In this document: in pieces, positions 8,573 to 18,597 of the stretch
Layout of the letters: every line of letters starts with the position of its first letter
Position numbering within the stretch: the stretch's first letter is position 1
Assembly (NCBI GenBank): GCA_964495685.1
Contig: CAZBVQ010000001.1
Span: 39,477-103,476 of the forward strand
Source: an uncultured Candidatus Saccharibacteria bacterium
GTDB lineage: Bacteria; Patescibacteriota; Minisyncoccia; Phycocordibacterales; PALSA-1337
DNA: 64,000 bases
Direction: 5' to 3'
Notes under the pieces: generated by a model
What the model was told of the DNA's origin: nothing
Database searches by the model: none
The model's input: only the letters and a program-made list of their open reading frames with translations
Position numbers and translations under genes: made by a program

Positions 8573-9919
8573 TTACAACATGGTGCGCACCTGAGCGATC
8601 TCTTGGGACAAGAGTTGATCGGTCTTCACTTCCTCTCGGACCTTCTCATACGAGTGGATAACGGTCGTATGGTCTCTACCACCCAACTTCTCCCCTATTG
8701 AAGGGAAAGATATACCGAAATCCTCCCGCAAGATATACATCACTACCTGACGAGGACGCACAACCTCCTTGCGACGGGTCTTGTTGTAAATACTGTCCTC
8801 ATCAATGTTGTAGAAGTCTGAAACAACCTTGACTACATCCTTTACGGACATCATTTTCTTTGGTTTCAGGTTGTTTTTGAGGATGTTACGGATCTCATTG
8901 AGGTTGAGCTCTCTGTTTTTGAGTTGTGTTTGGCAAGCAATAACATTGATAATACCCTCAATTTCACGGATATTGTCTTCTATAGAAGAAGCAATGTAAT
9001 CAGTCACCTCGTCCGACAAGGTGATATTGTGTGCACCACACTTGCTCCGCACGATCATAATACGAGATTCTTGGTCCGGCTCAGGTATGTCCACAATCAT
9101 ACCCATAGAGAAGCGGCCCCGGAGACGATCTTCAAGACCAGGAATGGTGTTGGGGTGCTTGTCACCAGAAAATACCAACTGACGTGAGGTGTCGTGGAAT
9201 GTATTAAAGAAGTGGAAGAGCTCCTCCTGAAACTTCTCCTTACTAGCAAAGAACTGCACATCATCCATGATAATAACGTCATATTTGCGATATTTGTCCT
9301 TGAAGGCCTGGACCCTACCCTCTTGGATAGCCGCGAAGAACTCTGAGCCGAAACGTTCAGATGTCAGATAGAACACCTTTTTGTCTGGGTGAAGCTTCTT
9401 GATTTGATTACCGACAGCTTGAATGATGTGGGTTTTGCCGCGGCCAGTTTGGCCATAGATGAAAAGGGGGTTGTATGATTGTCCGGGAGCTTTGACGACC
9501 ATCTGAGAAGCGGCATGGGCAAGTTCGTTGAAAGGGCCCACAATAAGGGTCTCGAATGTGTAGCGAGGATTGAGGTTGTCGTCTTTGTTCACATAGAAAT
9601 CTTGGAGTGGCATAGCGATTGTGGGTGCTGACACCTGTTCCTTGCGGGAGTGGCCGCCACCTTTGCCGTCTTCGCGGACAACAACGTATTCTAGAGCACG
9701 AACACGCTCATTCATCTGCCTCAAAATGCGCAAAATCGAGTTGTGGAACTTCTTCTGGAGCCATTCATGGGTGAAAGAGTTGGGCACTCCCAGATAGATG
9801 ACACCCTCATCCTCGCGGAGAATCTTGATATCTTTGAACCATGTAGAAAAGTTGGCTTGCGATACGGCACTTTCGATCTCGAGTAAAGCAGTTTGCCACA
9901 TTTTTCCGTGATCATTCAT
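8573..9919 (-). CDS. dnaA: Chromosomal replication initiator DnaA
   Basis: LNPRYTFE, YNPLFIYGQTGRGKTH, DDVQF, RLRGRF and GGRDHTTVIH. Start at ATG 9919. Confidence 0.99.
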   Translation of the reverse strand: MNDHGKMWQTALLEIESAVSQANFSTWFKDIKILREDEGVIYLGVPNSFTHEWLQKKFHNSILRILRQMNERVRALEYVVVREDGKGGGHSRKEQVSAPTIAMPLQDFYVNKDDNLNPRYTFETLIVGPFNELAHAASQMVVKAPGQSYNPLFIYGQTGRGKTHIIQAVGNQIKKLHPDKKVFYLTSERFGSEFFAAIQEGRVQAFKDKYRKYDVIIMDDVQFFASKEKFQEELFHFFNTFHDTSRQLVFSGDKHPNTIPGLEDRLRGRFSMGMIVDIPEPDQESRIMIVRSKCGAHNITLSDEVTDYIASSIEDNIREIEGIINVIACQTQLKNRELNLNEIRNILKNNLKPKKMMSVKDVVKVVSDFYNIDEDSIYNKTRRKEVVRPRQVVMYILREDFGISFPSIGEKLGGRDHTTVIHSYEKVREEVKTDQLLSQEIAQVRTML

Positions 9920-10010
9920 AGATAGTGAATTTAGTACCACTAAGTATATACCTGTTTATAATTTTGCAAACTTGTGGAGGGTAAAAAAATATGTTGATAA
10001 GGTGGGGATA

Positions 10011-10126
10011 GGCCACCACAACACACAGGCACCACAATTCACCAGCAACAGAATGGTGTACGGAACATTTGTACACCACATCCTAACCTTGCTGGTGAAT
10101 TGTGGTGCCTGTGTGTTGTGGTGGCC
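10011..10126. repeat. Long hairpin with a perfect 38-bp stem between the divergent dnaA and rpmH genes
   Basis: 10011-10048 is the exact reverse complement of 10089-10126. Inner hairpin TGGTGTAC/GTACACCA. Confidence 0.92.
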
Positions 10127-10183
10127 CCTAGAAAGTCGTAGGAACTTGATGAAAATCAACAAATATGTAATAGTATGATAACT

Positions 10184-10318
10184 ATGTCATTCACATACGC
10201 CCCCAAGAAACGAAAGCGAGCACGAACACATGGATTTCGTGTACGCATGAAGACGACCTCTGGTCGCAAGGCTCTTGCTCGTCGTCGTACCAAAGGACGC
10301 CGTCGCGTGGCTGTATAA
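10184..10318 (+). CDS. rpmH: 50S ribosomal protein L34 (below the ORF-track size cutoff)
   Basis: Translated by hand: [44 protein letters not shown]. Confidence 0.97.
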   Translation: MSFTYAPKKRKRARTHGFRVRMKTTSGRKALARRRTKGRRRVAV

Positions 10319-10319
10319 T

Positions 10320-10655
10320 ATGTTGCCCCGTTCACAGAGACTCTCTGCTGAAGAACTCAACACAGTTATGGAAAAAGGAAGAGTTACCCACTCTTCCCTT
10401 TTTCTCATACGCTCACTTCCTGTAACAACAGGCACAAAAATAGCCGCAGTCGCCCCCCAGAAAATATTCAAAACAGCTGTTGCTCGTAGCAACACTCGTC
10501 GCCGGATATACAACAATCTTCCGAAAGGCGGTTTCGTTGGACAGAGATCGCAGCACATCGTTCTCGTTGCAAAACCAGCGATTATTGATGCTGACAGCAA
10601 AGCAATCCAAGAAGATACCAAGGCACTTTTTGTGAAAATAGGCATTCTGCGCTAG
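10320..10655 (+). CDS. rnpA: Ribonuclease P protein component
   Basis: MLPRSQRL start, K...AVARS..RRR (RNR-like motif), and position between rpmH and yidC. Confidence 0.88.
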   Translation: MLPRSQRLSAEELNTVMEKGRVTHSSLFLIRSLPVTTGTKIAAVAPQKIFKTAVARSNTRRRIYNNLPKGGFVGQRSQHIVLVAKPAIIDADSKAIQEDTKALFVKIGILR

Positions 10656-10658
10656 TAT

Positions 10659-11396
10659 GTGATGGTTATGTACACTACTTTTATATTCAAACCCCTTTAT
10701 AACGGTCTCGTTGGCATTCTTGATATTATTCCCTGGATCGATGTTGGTATTGCTGTCATTTTGTTTACTGTTATCGTTAAACTCATCCTCTTTCCCCTTT
10801 CGAAATCATCCCTCCTTACCCAGGTGCGCATGAAGCAGATCGAGCCAGAAGCCAACAAAATCAAAGCCGAATATGCCAATGACCGTCAGACGCAGACGCT
10901 CAAGGTTATGCAGCTCTACAAAGAGAAAGGCATCAAACCGTTCGCAGGTATACTGCTCTTGTTGATCCAGCTCCCTATTCTCCTCGCACTCATTTCAGTG
11001 TTCTATAAGATTATCCCTGCAATTCACCCAGAACTTCTCTATAGCTTTGTGTCGGTTCCTGATATATCCAACAAAATTTATTTCTTGGGATTAATAGATC
11101 TCACCAACAAAAGCATCATCCTTGCCCTTATTACTGGTGTGGCACAGTTTGTTCAATTACACTTCTCAATATCAGCTCGCCAAACGCAGGTCCCAGGAGG
11201 CCCTGGTATGGATATGGCAGCATCGATGACGAAACAGATGAAATATATCCTGCCAATCCTGGCATTCGCCTCAACCTACTGGCTTATTCCGGCGCAATTC
11301 CCCCAGGCCGCCTCGATTATCGCCATTTACTGGACAGTCAGTGCCCTATTCACTCTTGGGCAGGAGCTTTATATCCGGAAAAAATACGTAGGATAG
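10659..11396 (+). CDS. yidC: Membrane protein insertase YidC/Oxa1 (short form)
   Basis: AVILFTVIVKLILFPL, MQLYKEKGIKPF, LIQLPIL and IYWTVS. Confidence 0.95.
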   Translation: MMVMYTTFIFKPLYNGLVGILDIIPWIDVGIAVILFTVIVKLILFPLSKSSLLTQVRMKQIEPEANKIKAEYANDRQTQTLKVMQLYKEKGIKPFAGILLLLIQLPILLALISVFYKIIPAIHPELLYSFVSVPDISNKIYFLGLIDLTNKSIILALITGVAQFVQLHFSISARQTQVPGGPGMDMAASMTKQMKYILPILAFASTYWLIPAQFPQAASIIAIYWTVSALFTLGQELYIRKKYVG

Positions 11397-11403
11397 CTAT
11401 ATG

Positions 11404-11428
11404 AAAAAGGGGGCCACAGCCCCTTTTT
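11404..11428. terminator. Bidirectional rho-independent terminator
   Basis: AAAAAGGGG-GCCACAG-CCCCTTTTT between convergent genes. Confidence 0.8.
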
Positions 11429-11442
11429 GTTGTTAGTACTTG

Positions 11443-12756
11443 TTACTTCAGATCATACGACCATAATGACAGGTCGTTTTTGTTCATGAAGAAGATGAAG
11501 TCGTCTCGATCATCGAGGCCGAGGTTGTAGGCGTCTATAACACGATCTGAAGCGTCTACGATCGAAGAAATCAAGTGTACCTCGTTGGTTGACGCGTTGA
11601 CCTGCCATAGTTTGTCAACGAAAGAGGTGTCGCCACGATACCAATCATCGGGATATGTTCCTGGAATAGGTTGTGATGGGACGGCACAATAGACCACGTC
11701 CTTGTAGGTATTACCCCAAGCACATTTGTCTGCAAGGGTGCGAATGACGGCATCAGTCCCCTTTCGCTTGGTCACATCATAAATACTCGAGACAACATTG
11801 TCAGAACTTCCTGCTGCCGAAATGAACACCTTCTTGGCATCAGTGCTGACTTTGGTGCTCAGTCCAGGCAAAGGTCCAAGAATTTTCTTCCACACACCGG
11901 TTTTGGTGTCAACGAAATAAAGATACCCACGTTCACTGGCGGCACCCTTGGTGGTGATGGCGATGGTCTGGTCTTCGGGCCACTCAGCATTGACTTGGGT
12001 GAGTGGTGTGACGAACAGCTGGGTCGGGGATGAACCGTCGAACTTGAATATATAGCCGACCCCCACACCTTTCTCTGATAGAAGCATAAATACACGGTCT
12101 TTTTTGGGCGATACCGCATATGTCAGGATCGTGCTCGGTAGATTCTTGCCGCGCAGTTCGTAAGGGGTCAAGGAAGTGAGCGCTACCTGGGGTGTCGAGG
12201 TGCTTGCCTTGGGCATGATACGTGCACGGAGTTCGGCCCATATGCCAGAAATGGTATTGGCATCAGATATGCCGAAGGCCATGAATGAGGTGAGGTTCTT
12301 GTTCCACAAACTCTCGTACATTTTGGGCACAACGGTATTGGATATAGTTGTAATGTCGAGCGTATTGCCGCGGGCTTCATATACATTACCGCGACCGCGG
12401 TCGAGCCAACGGACGACAGTGGTGCTACTGGCGATCGGAGTCTTGACAGTGCCTGTAGTGCTTGCGCCATATCCAGAGACTGGAGTGTTACTGAGAAGAC
12501 GCAAAGCGGGAATCTTGAGTTGGGTACCGGTGGCGGTGGATGCACGCGTTGTGGTGGCGGGCTGAGTCGATGTTGAAGTGGCGCTTGATCGTGGGCCTCC
12601 CCTATCGAAGGGCGAGAAACCTCCCTGGTCAGGCGTCTCGGTGACCGGGGTATCTATACTTGTTGTATCACGCAAGAAAAACTGCCAGTATGCCAAAGCG
12701 ACGATGATGACGATGACGATGAATGCTATGAAATAGTGGAGGGTTTTGCGAGTCAT
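11443..12756 (-). CDS. Membrane-anchored hypothetical protein, probable beta-propeller
   Basis: N-terminal TM helix, T/S-rich linker, then a beta-strand-rich domain ending LSLWSYDL. Confidence 0.75.
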   Translation of the reverse strand: MTRKTLHYFIAFIVIVIIVALAYWQFFLRDTTSIDTPVTETPDQGGFSPFDRGGPRSSATSTSTQPATTTRASTATGTQLKIPALRLLSNTPVSGYGASTTGTVKTPIASSTTVVRWLDRGRGNVYEARGNTLDITTISNTVVPKMYESLWNKNLTSFMAFGISDANTISGIWAELRARIMPKASTSTPQVALTSLTPYELRGKNLPSTILTYAVSPKKDRVFMLLSEKGVGVGYIFKFDGSSPTQLFVTPLTQVNAEWPEDQTIAITTKGAASERGYLYFVDTKTGVWKKILGPLPGLSTKVSTDAKKVFISAAGSSDNVVSSIYDVTKRKGTDAVIRTLADKCAWGNTYKDVVYCAVPSQPIPGTYPDDWYRGDTSFVDKLWQVNASTNEVHLISSIVDASDRVIDAYNLGLDDRDDFIFFMNKNDLSLWSYDLK

Positions 12757-12761
12757 TATAT

Positions 12762-14087
12762 TTACTGTATTTTCAAACTTTTTAGCTTCTGCCTAGCCTC
12801 AGTTGCTTTTTGCACTAATTGTTGGCATAGGGCAGGGTCACTAACACTGCTCGAGCAACCATTAACTACGGTATTAATTTGATTCTGTGCATACCCAACG
12901 GCCTCATTTAAAGTTCTCGCATTGCTTGACTGGTACCACCAAGCAACTGGCCCCCATAGATCTTTGTCATTAATGACCACTTGTGTTGCGTAGGCAACCT
13001 GAGTGTTTATTTGCTCGAGCTTGTTTGAGTAGTTTGTATAATCTTCCAAGGACTTTAATTGATTCGGAGCTGCTCCGATCGCTATAAGGGCAGCACGTCT
13101 TGTCTGATATTCACTATTCAAATCAGTACTTAGTTGTTCAGGGGTTTTGTTTGCTATTGATCCAGTAGAAGGGTCACTGTCCAAAACTCTTTGATTTATA
13201 GCGGCTTTTGCAACAACCAAGAGAGCATTTGCTTGCTCGTCTCTTATTGCCGCATCCTGTGCCAGTATTTGAGTGGCAATACTCCGAGCGTCCGATCCCA
13301 ACCCAGACGACCGATTTGCAAGGGCTAGGCAGGGGTCTTTATATGGGGCGCCGGAATTTTGTTGTAATAGTAAAGGATCACTGACAGATATATTCGCCGT
13401 CAACTGATCACACAAAGATTTTTTTCGTTCTTCTAGTGTTGAAACGATTTGTTGGGATTTTGCCAAATCTTGTTTGGCTGATTCAACGCTTGTATGAAAT
13501 TCCGACATTGTCTTTGTAAGTTGTCCAAAAAAAGTAGACGCCGACGATGAGACACAACGACTATCCGTTACGGATAGTTCACGATTACTCGCACAGCGTA
13601 TATCTATCGGCGTTACCAATGTGGTCGGTATTTGCACTAGTCGCGGGTCAATCGTCCGCAGTATCAAATATGAACACAGTATAAGAACGAGTCCATAAAC
13701 TGCATTCTTAAGCTTTTCGAGCCCAGCGCTCTTTTGGTTGTAAGAATCTGAACTCATATATTCGAAGCCGCCCCAGACAATCATAAACACGGCCAATACG
13801 GCCGCCAATGCAATAACCAAATTGAATGCATACTGAACATAATTCTCGAAATTAATAGACGTCATCTGGGTGTTACCTCCACAGGTGATGGCCGGAGTTA
13901 CAACTTCTCCCCTCTCGTTCTGTACGGCCGCACTTTCGATACAAGGCAGGGGTTCCAAAAGTGTATACTCAACTTGCTTCTCTTGGGCGAACACAAACGG
14001 TGTCGACATTATGAGTACACCGACGAATAATGCCGTACAGATGACACTGAGTAGCCAGATATATTTTTTATTGAAAGTGTATGTCAT
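12762..14087 (-). CDS. CPR T4SS pilin (TrbC/VirB2-like) domain protein with a long helical extension
   Basis: YTLLEPLP...AVFMIVWGGFEYM.S.......G.EKLKNAVYGLVLILCSYLILRTIDP.LV pattern. Confidence 0.75.
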   Translation of the reverse strand: MTYTFNKKYIWLLSVICTALFVGVLIMSTPFVFAQEKQVEYTLLEPLPCIESAAVQNERGEVVTPAITCGGNTQMTSINFENYVQYAFNLVIALAAVLAVFMIVWGGFEYMSSDSYNQKSAGLEKLKNAVYGLVLILCSYLILRTIDPRLVQIPTTLVTPIDIRCASNRELSVTDSRCVSSSASTFFGQLTKTMSEFHTSVESAKQDLAKSQQIVSTLEERKKSLCDQLTANISVSDPLLLQQNSGAPYKDPCLALANRSSGLGSDARSIATQILAQDAAIRDEQANALLVVAKAAINQRVLDSDPSTGSIANKTPEQLSTDLNSEYQTRRAALIAIGAAPNQLKSLEDYTNYSNKLEQINTQVAYATQVVINDKDLWGPVAWWYQSSNARTLNEAVGYAQNQINTVVNGCSSSVSDPALCQQLVQKATEARQKLKSLKIQ

Positions 14088-14089
14088 AT

Positions 14090-15100
14090 CTAAAACGTAG
14101 TTGCATTAGTTTCTTTTTGGTTTGAAAAAATAACCGAAAACCCAGAAGTTGCCCCTTGCAGTATACGTTCTGTGCTTCCGATATTCAGACGAACCTGAGA
14201 GGTTCCAGAAGATCCTTCGGGTGCACGGAGGATAACAGATTTTTTTGATGATAGAGTGTCCCTCTTGAGATTGTTTATACCCCAATTCCATTCGGTTTCA
14301 GGAGTGTCCACAGCATTAAAACCAAACGGAACACCAAAGACGGTCACCTCTTTTTGTTGACCCACGTATACAGTATTGGTGATTGAACGATTGAATAATG
14401 GACCATACGTGGCATCATCAACGTAAAATCCAATAGAAGGTGTACCACTTTGAACCGATGCATACGCTACGGCGGAGGCGCTGTTGTCGCGGGGCCAAAC
14501 AGTGACCGATATGTCGTAAGGTCGTGGGACAACGTCTCCTGCTATCAGTACATATTGTTTGCCGTACCCAGACTGATCCTCAATAACACGACCATTCTTT
14601 TTCCATTGGTATACAAGAGACGATGGATCATATTCTATCCCTGCTGAATTTGCCACGTGCGCTATAGCGGCAATTTTAATAGTGTTTTGGTATACAGGAG
14701 AGAGTTTGCCTCGGAAGAAAGGGGGCGTGTATCCATCAGTCTCAAATACTAGATCGACAAAACCAGACCCTAAGGTGAAGGAATTTTTTATGACTGTGCC
14801 GTCCGTATTGACCGCGGTGACCTCTATTGACATTTTTTTGCCTAGAATCGGAGCGATAACCTCGAGCGATGTAGCACCTGTCGCACTGCGCACCACCTTA
14901 CCATCAACAACCCAAGTAACCTTTGCGGCATTGATATCAATAGTGTAACTACGTGCGGTAATGGTGACCGTCTGTCCTGGTACAGGATTGTCTGTCGACG
15001 GGGATAGCTCGAGGCCGCCTGTCACTGATATTTGGGCGTGGGCGGACGAAAATACAAAGAAATAAGACAGGAATACAACTAGAAATAGGCGCGATTTCAT
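14090..15100 (-). CDS. Secreted Ig-like hypothetical protein
   Basis: Signal peptide ending AHA, followed by beta-rich repeats (W.VDGK, YQWKKNG). Start at ATG 15100. Confidence 0.75.
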   Translation of the reverse strand: MKSRLFLVVFLSYFFVFSSAHAQISVTGGLELSPSTDNPVPGQTVTITARSYTIDINAAKVTWVVDGKVVRSATGATSLEVIAPILGKKMSIEVTAVNTDGTVIKNSFTLGSGFVDLVFETDGYTPPFFRGKLSPVYQNTIKIAAIAHVANSAGIEYDPSSLVYQWKKNGRVIEDQSGYGKQYVLIAGDVVPRPYDISVTVWPRDNSASAVAYASVQSGTPSIGFYVDDATYGPLFNRSITNTVYVGQQKEVTVFGVPFGFNAVDTPETEWNWGINNLKRDTLSSKKSVILRAPEGSSGTSQVRLNIGSTERILQGATSGFSVIFSNQKETNATTF

Positions 15101-15158
15101 TGTCCATATTTTACCACGGAGCCAGAACGTAGTCCTCGTGGTATTCGGGGATAAATAA

Positions 15159-15626
15159 CTATCCTTGAGCTGGTAGGCCCCCGTTAGGAGCGCGCACTCC
15201 CGCCCCTTCCCCACCATTCAAGGGTTCTCTGGGTCGGGGTTCTCGGCGCCCATTGAAGTTGAGCATGGTTTTTGCTGAGCCAATCTGTTTTCCTTGTGAT
15301 AGTGGCTTGATCACAGAAACACCAGCTTTGTCCTCAATTCGAGTGATGAGTATTATGGCTATTATCCCGGCAGTTACTTCGATAGGTAATTCCTGCACGA
15401 CGGGTATAAGTGATGCAACCCAAGAAATAGCCATGGCGGCCAACTTTCTACCATTGAACAGGCCCAGGCCCTTCGTCCAACCATATAGGGCGAAGAATAT
15501 CCAAAACAATGAGGCCGTAATATCCTTTGCAAAAGGGATCAATCCTATCAGGTCAGCAATAAATGCAAGGGCGATCAGTATGACTACCATTGCCGTCCCT
15601 ATTCTATATTTCGGCTTGTTCACCAT
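15159..15626 (-). CDS. Small membrane protein of the T4SS-like cluster
   Basis: Three to four hydrophobic segments, immediately downstream of virB4. Confidence 0.7.
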   Translation of the reverse strand: MVNKPKYRIGTAMVVILIALAFIADLIGLIPFAKDITASLFWIFFALYGWTKGLGLFNGRKLAAMAISWVASLIPVVQELPIEVTAGIIAIILITRIEDKAGVSVIKPLSQGKQIGSAKTMLNFNGRREPRPREPLNGGEGAGVRAPNGGLPAQG

Positions 15627-15641
15627 GCCGTTAGTATACCA

Positions 15642-17456
15642 CTATCCCGCCTGTTCCAGCTGTTTCTTTGCATCCTTGATGGCCAGTACCTGTGCAGGAT
15701 TGGTGGTGATGATCTGGTCTTCTGTATATGACCCGACGACCTTGATAGCCACGTGTTTGAGCCCTACGAAGAATATGCCCTCCCCTACATCAGATTCGAG
15801 CAAGAGATACTTCTCCTCGTCGGTTAGGTTGAATGTTTTCTGGATATGGTCGATGACTGTCGGAGATTGTTTGAGCAAGATCTGGATGGATGAGTTGGTC
15901 ACGATAGGCATACCATACGGAGAATTCAAGAAGTCATCCACGTCTTGTGTGATAGTCGAGAGGCCCAAGAAATATTTGCGACCACGCTTGGCTAGGCCGA
16001 ACAAGAATGAGGCGGTGTCCTCTGACTTCATCATCCACCACGCCTCATCGATGACCAAGAGGCGACGCTTCAAATTCTTGCGAATAGCGTTCCATATATA
16101 GTGAGTGACGATATACATGGCCACTGGCTTGAGCTCATCCTCCATGTCGCGGAGGGAGAAAACCACGAATTTCTTATTGATATCGACATTCGAGGGACGA
16201 TTGATGAAGCCGGCCCAAGTACCCTTGGTATATTTGGACAGACGTTGGACCAGAGAGTCGCCGCCTTCCATTCCTGCCAATACCAGCTCGAAGTCTGAGA
16301 GCAGTGGTGGCTCTACGGTGCGGAAATCGGCCTCAGGTGTAATATCCTTGAGAGCGTATGTCTCACTGATAGCACGATCGATGATGGCGTCCTCTTCTTG
16401 GGTCAGGCCACCAAGCATGATGCGGAAGAGACCGACGAGGTTGATGATGTTGGAGCGGAGGACGTCAGCTGCAGACTCATCTTCACGGGGAATCGGTAAG
16501 TCGAACGGGTTGATATGGTGTTCGGAGTTGAGCGAGATGTTGAAGTACTTCCCTCCTGTGGCCTCAGCCATGTACTCATATTCTTTTTCGGGGTCAATGA
16601 CGATGACGTCAGTATCGAACATGAGGGTGCGTAGAATCTCGAGCTTGGTCGTATATGATTTACCAGCACCAGCAGTAGCGAAGGTGACGGAGTTGTAGTT
16701 TTCGAGGGAGAAACGATCGAACAAGACAAGTGATGAATTGTGGCGGTTGATACCGTACAGGATACCCTTGTCTGATGTAAGGTCGAATGATACGAATGGA
16801 AATAGTGATGAGAGTGGCGAGGAATTGAGCTTGGAATGGACAGTGAGCTGGTCGTCGGCAATGGGAATAACTGATTTGAAGCCTTGTTCCTGCTGGAATA
16901 GAGCCGGTTTGACGTACACGAGCTTGGATTCAAGAATGGATTTGATTTCGGATTCAAGCTTATCGAGCTCACCTTCTGAGTCGGCAAACAAAGTGATGTA
17001 CACACCTACGTCGAAGAGGTGTTCTTGTGCCTGCATCAATTGGTCACGGAGCTGTTCGAGGTCTTGGTATGCAGTATCCAGCGCTGGATCACGGACGAGG
17101 CCCTTGTCTTCCCTGCGCGAGATCTGACTCTGGACTTCAGCCACCTTCTTCTGGAAATGGCGCAGAATCTTTGCCGTATCTACTGGGTGGATGAATATTG
17201 ATATGTTAAAAATTTTGTCGAGGTTGATGATGGGGGCAAACCAGCTCTCATCAAGGAAGCGCGGGTATGAAATAACGAATAGAGTGCGCCCCACCTTCTC
17301 GCCAAGATTGAGATCCTTGGGACTTATTTTGAGAGCTGATGGTGAAATGACGTCTTTGAGCTCCAAAACACCGGCCTGATATATTTCTTCCGGCAGAATA
17401 GAAACGATCGGGGATCGCTCATCTTTCTTGCCGAATAAAGTGCTTAAGAATGACAT
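15642..17456 (-). CDS. virB4: VirB4-family type IV secretion ATPase
   Basis: YGIN, FDRF.LEN.N, ATAGAGKS (Walker A), IDPEKEY, INPFDL, IDEAW, KRGRKY and TQDVDDF. Confidence 0.92.
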   Translation of the reverse strand: MSFLSTLFGKKDERSPIVSILPEEIYQAGVLELKDVISPSALKISPKDLNLGEKVGRTLFVISYPRFLDESWFAPIINLDKIFNISIFIHPVDTAKILRHFQKKVAEVQSQISRREDKGLVRDPALDTAYQDLEQLRDQLMQAQEHLFDVGVYITLFADSEGELDKLESEIKSILESKLVYVKPALFQQEQGFKSVIPIADDQLTVHSKLNSSPLSSLFPFVSFDLTSDKGILYGINRHNSSLVLFDRFSLENYNSVTFATAGAGKSYTTKLEILRTLMFDTDVIVIDPEKEYEYMAEATGGKYFNISLNSEHHINPFDLPIPREDESAADVLRSNIINLVGLFRIMLGGLTQEEDAIIDRAISETYALKDITPEADFRTVEPPLLSDFELVLAGMEGGDSLVQRLSKYTKGTWAGFINRPSNVDINKKFVVFSLRDMEDELKPVAMYIVTHYIWNAIRKNLKRRLLVIDEAWWMMKSEDTASFLFGLAKRGRKYFLGLSTITQDVDDFLNSPYGMPIVTNSSIQILLKQSPTVIDHIQKTFNLTDEEKYLLLESDVGEGIFFVGLKHVAIKVVGSYTEDQIITTNPAQVLAIKDAKKQLEQAG

Positions 17457-17457
17457 G

Positions 17458-18096
17458 TTAGGTTATTTGGATGGGCTTCTCTGTCTCTCCAGGGTTGAAC
17501 AGTTTGTAGAACAATTCTACCACTTCTTCGGTGCCGAGCTCAGCGGCTCTAATGCCACAACGCACGAGACCTTGTTCGACTACTGCTACGCGCTGCTCGA
17601 GCTGGCTTCGATATTCCTGGAATTGGGCATCTGCTGTAGTATTTCCCGTCTTGGCGCTCTTGCTCGGAAGGATACTTGAGATGGGGTTTTTGCTAGCAGT
17701 TATGAGTGGCGGATCATATGGCACGACGACGAAGAAGCTCTTAGACATGATGTTGGTACTCTCGACGAATGTCTTAATGAACTCGATATATTCGCGGACC
17801 TGTATTTTCATAAGCTCAGTCGCCTGCTCTTTGTAGCGATCCTCGAGAAGTGCAATATAGGGGCGGATGTCGAGTTTCTTGGACTGTACGAATATCTGGA
17901 TCGAGAAATCGAGCGAATTCACGAAATTTTGGAACTGCATCAAGATAGAACTCTGCTCATCTTGTGATTTGAGGGCGAAGTTGAGGGATGACACGAGCAC
18001 GATGGCGCGCATACCACCATTTTTAAGGATGATGATTCCATCACGGATTTCCTGGATGGGGATGAAATCTTGGGTTGTTTTTGATGGGGCGGCCAT
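17458..18096 (-). CDS. TraC/VirB4-N-terminal-like accessory protein
   Basis: TQDFIPIQEIRDGIIILKNG...NFALKS.DEQ motif, located between prgI and virB4. Confidence 0.75.
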   Translation of the reverse strand: MAAPSKTTQDFIPIQEIRDGIIILKNGGMRAIVLVSSLNFALKSQDEQSSILMQFQNFVNSLDFSIQIFVQSKKLDIRPYIALLEDRYKEQATELMKIQVREYIEFIKTFVESTNIMSKSFFVVVPYDPPLITASKNPISSILPSKSAKTGNTTADAQFQEYRSQLEQRVAVVEQGLVRCGIRAAELGTEEVVELFYKLFNPGETEKPIQIT

Positions 18097-18533
18097 TAGC
18101 GTTGATTTTTATTGGAATACATACTTTCCTTAATATCGAGACTCCAGCTCAGGTCTTTGAGTTTGCTGTCAGATATTTTGGGCACCATGATCGAGGCGTA
18201 GTTCCTGGCGTCCTTGACGGCAGTATCAGTGTTGCGCGGTCTGGGCTTCTCGACCTTCCTCCATATATAGAGTTTGTTGCCGAGGTAATACTTGAAAGCG
18301 GCCTCGACGGTGTTGACGAACGGTTGGCGTGGATTGATTTTGTAGAAAGCAAACGCGGCTGAAATGGCCATAATGAGGATGATGGGCACGATCGCCAAGG
18401 TGACACTGTTCAAGAATACGTAGACAATGAAAGAGAGACCTCCCCCACCGGCGAGGTAAATGAATTGTTTGAGTGTCAGCGGGCCGAATATCTTGTCTTC
18501 AACCTCAATAAATTGGGGAACTTGGAATCGCAT
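18096..18533 (-). CDS. prgI: PrgI-family (VirB3-like) protein
   Basis: MRFQVPQFIEVEDKIFGPLTLKQF followed by two TM helices. Confidence 0.88.
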   Translation of the reverse strand: MRFQVPQFIEVEDKIFGPLTLKQFIYLAGGGGLSFIVYVFLNSVTLAIVPIILIMAISAAFAFYKINPRQPFVNTVEAAFKYYLGNKLYIWRKVEKPRPRNTDTAVKDARNYASIMVPKISDSKLKDLSWSLDIKESMYSNKNQR

Positions 18534-18597
18534 CGTACTCTATTATATCCTATAGCGTCGAGTCCGGATATGTGGAAGGTGTCAGTGGGCCGTACGT

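Noticed and set aside
9956-10178. Two 68-aa ORFs with near-identical peptides on opposite strands
   Set aside because: Mirror artefact of the 38-bp inverted repeat
15253-17836. Long antisense or alternate-frame ORFs over virB4 (likewise over pcrA, pnp, xer/xth and virB6)
   Set aside because: Shadow ORFs of codon-biased real genes with no recognisable motifs
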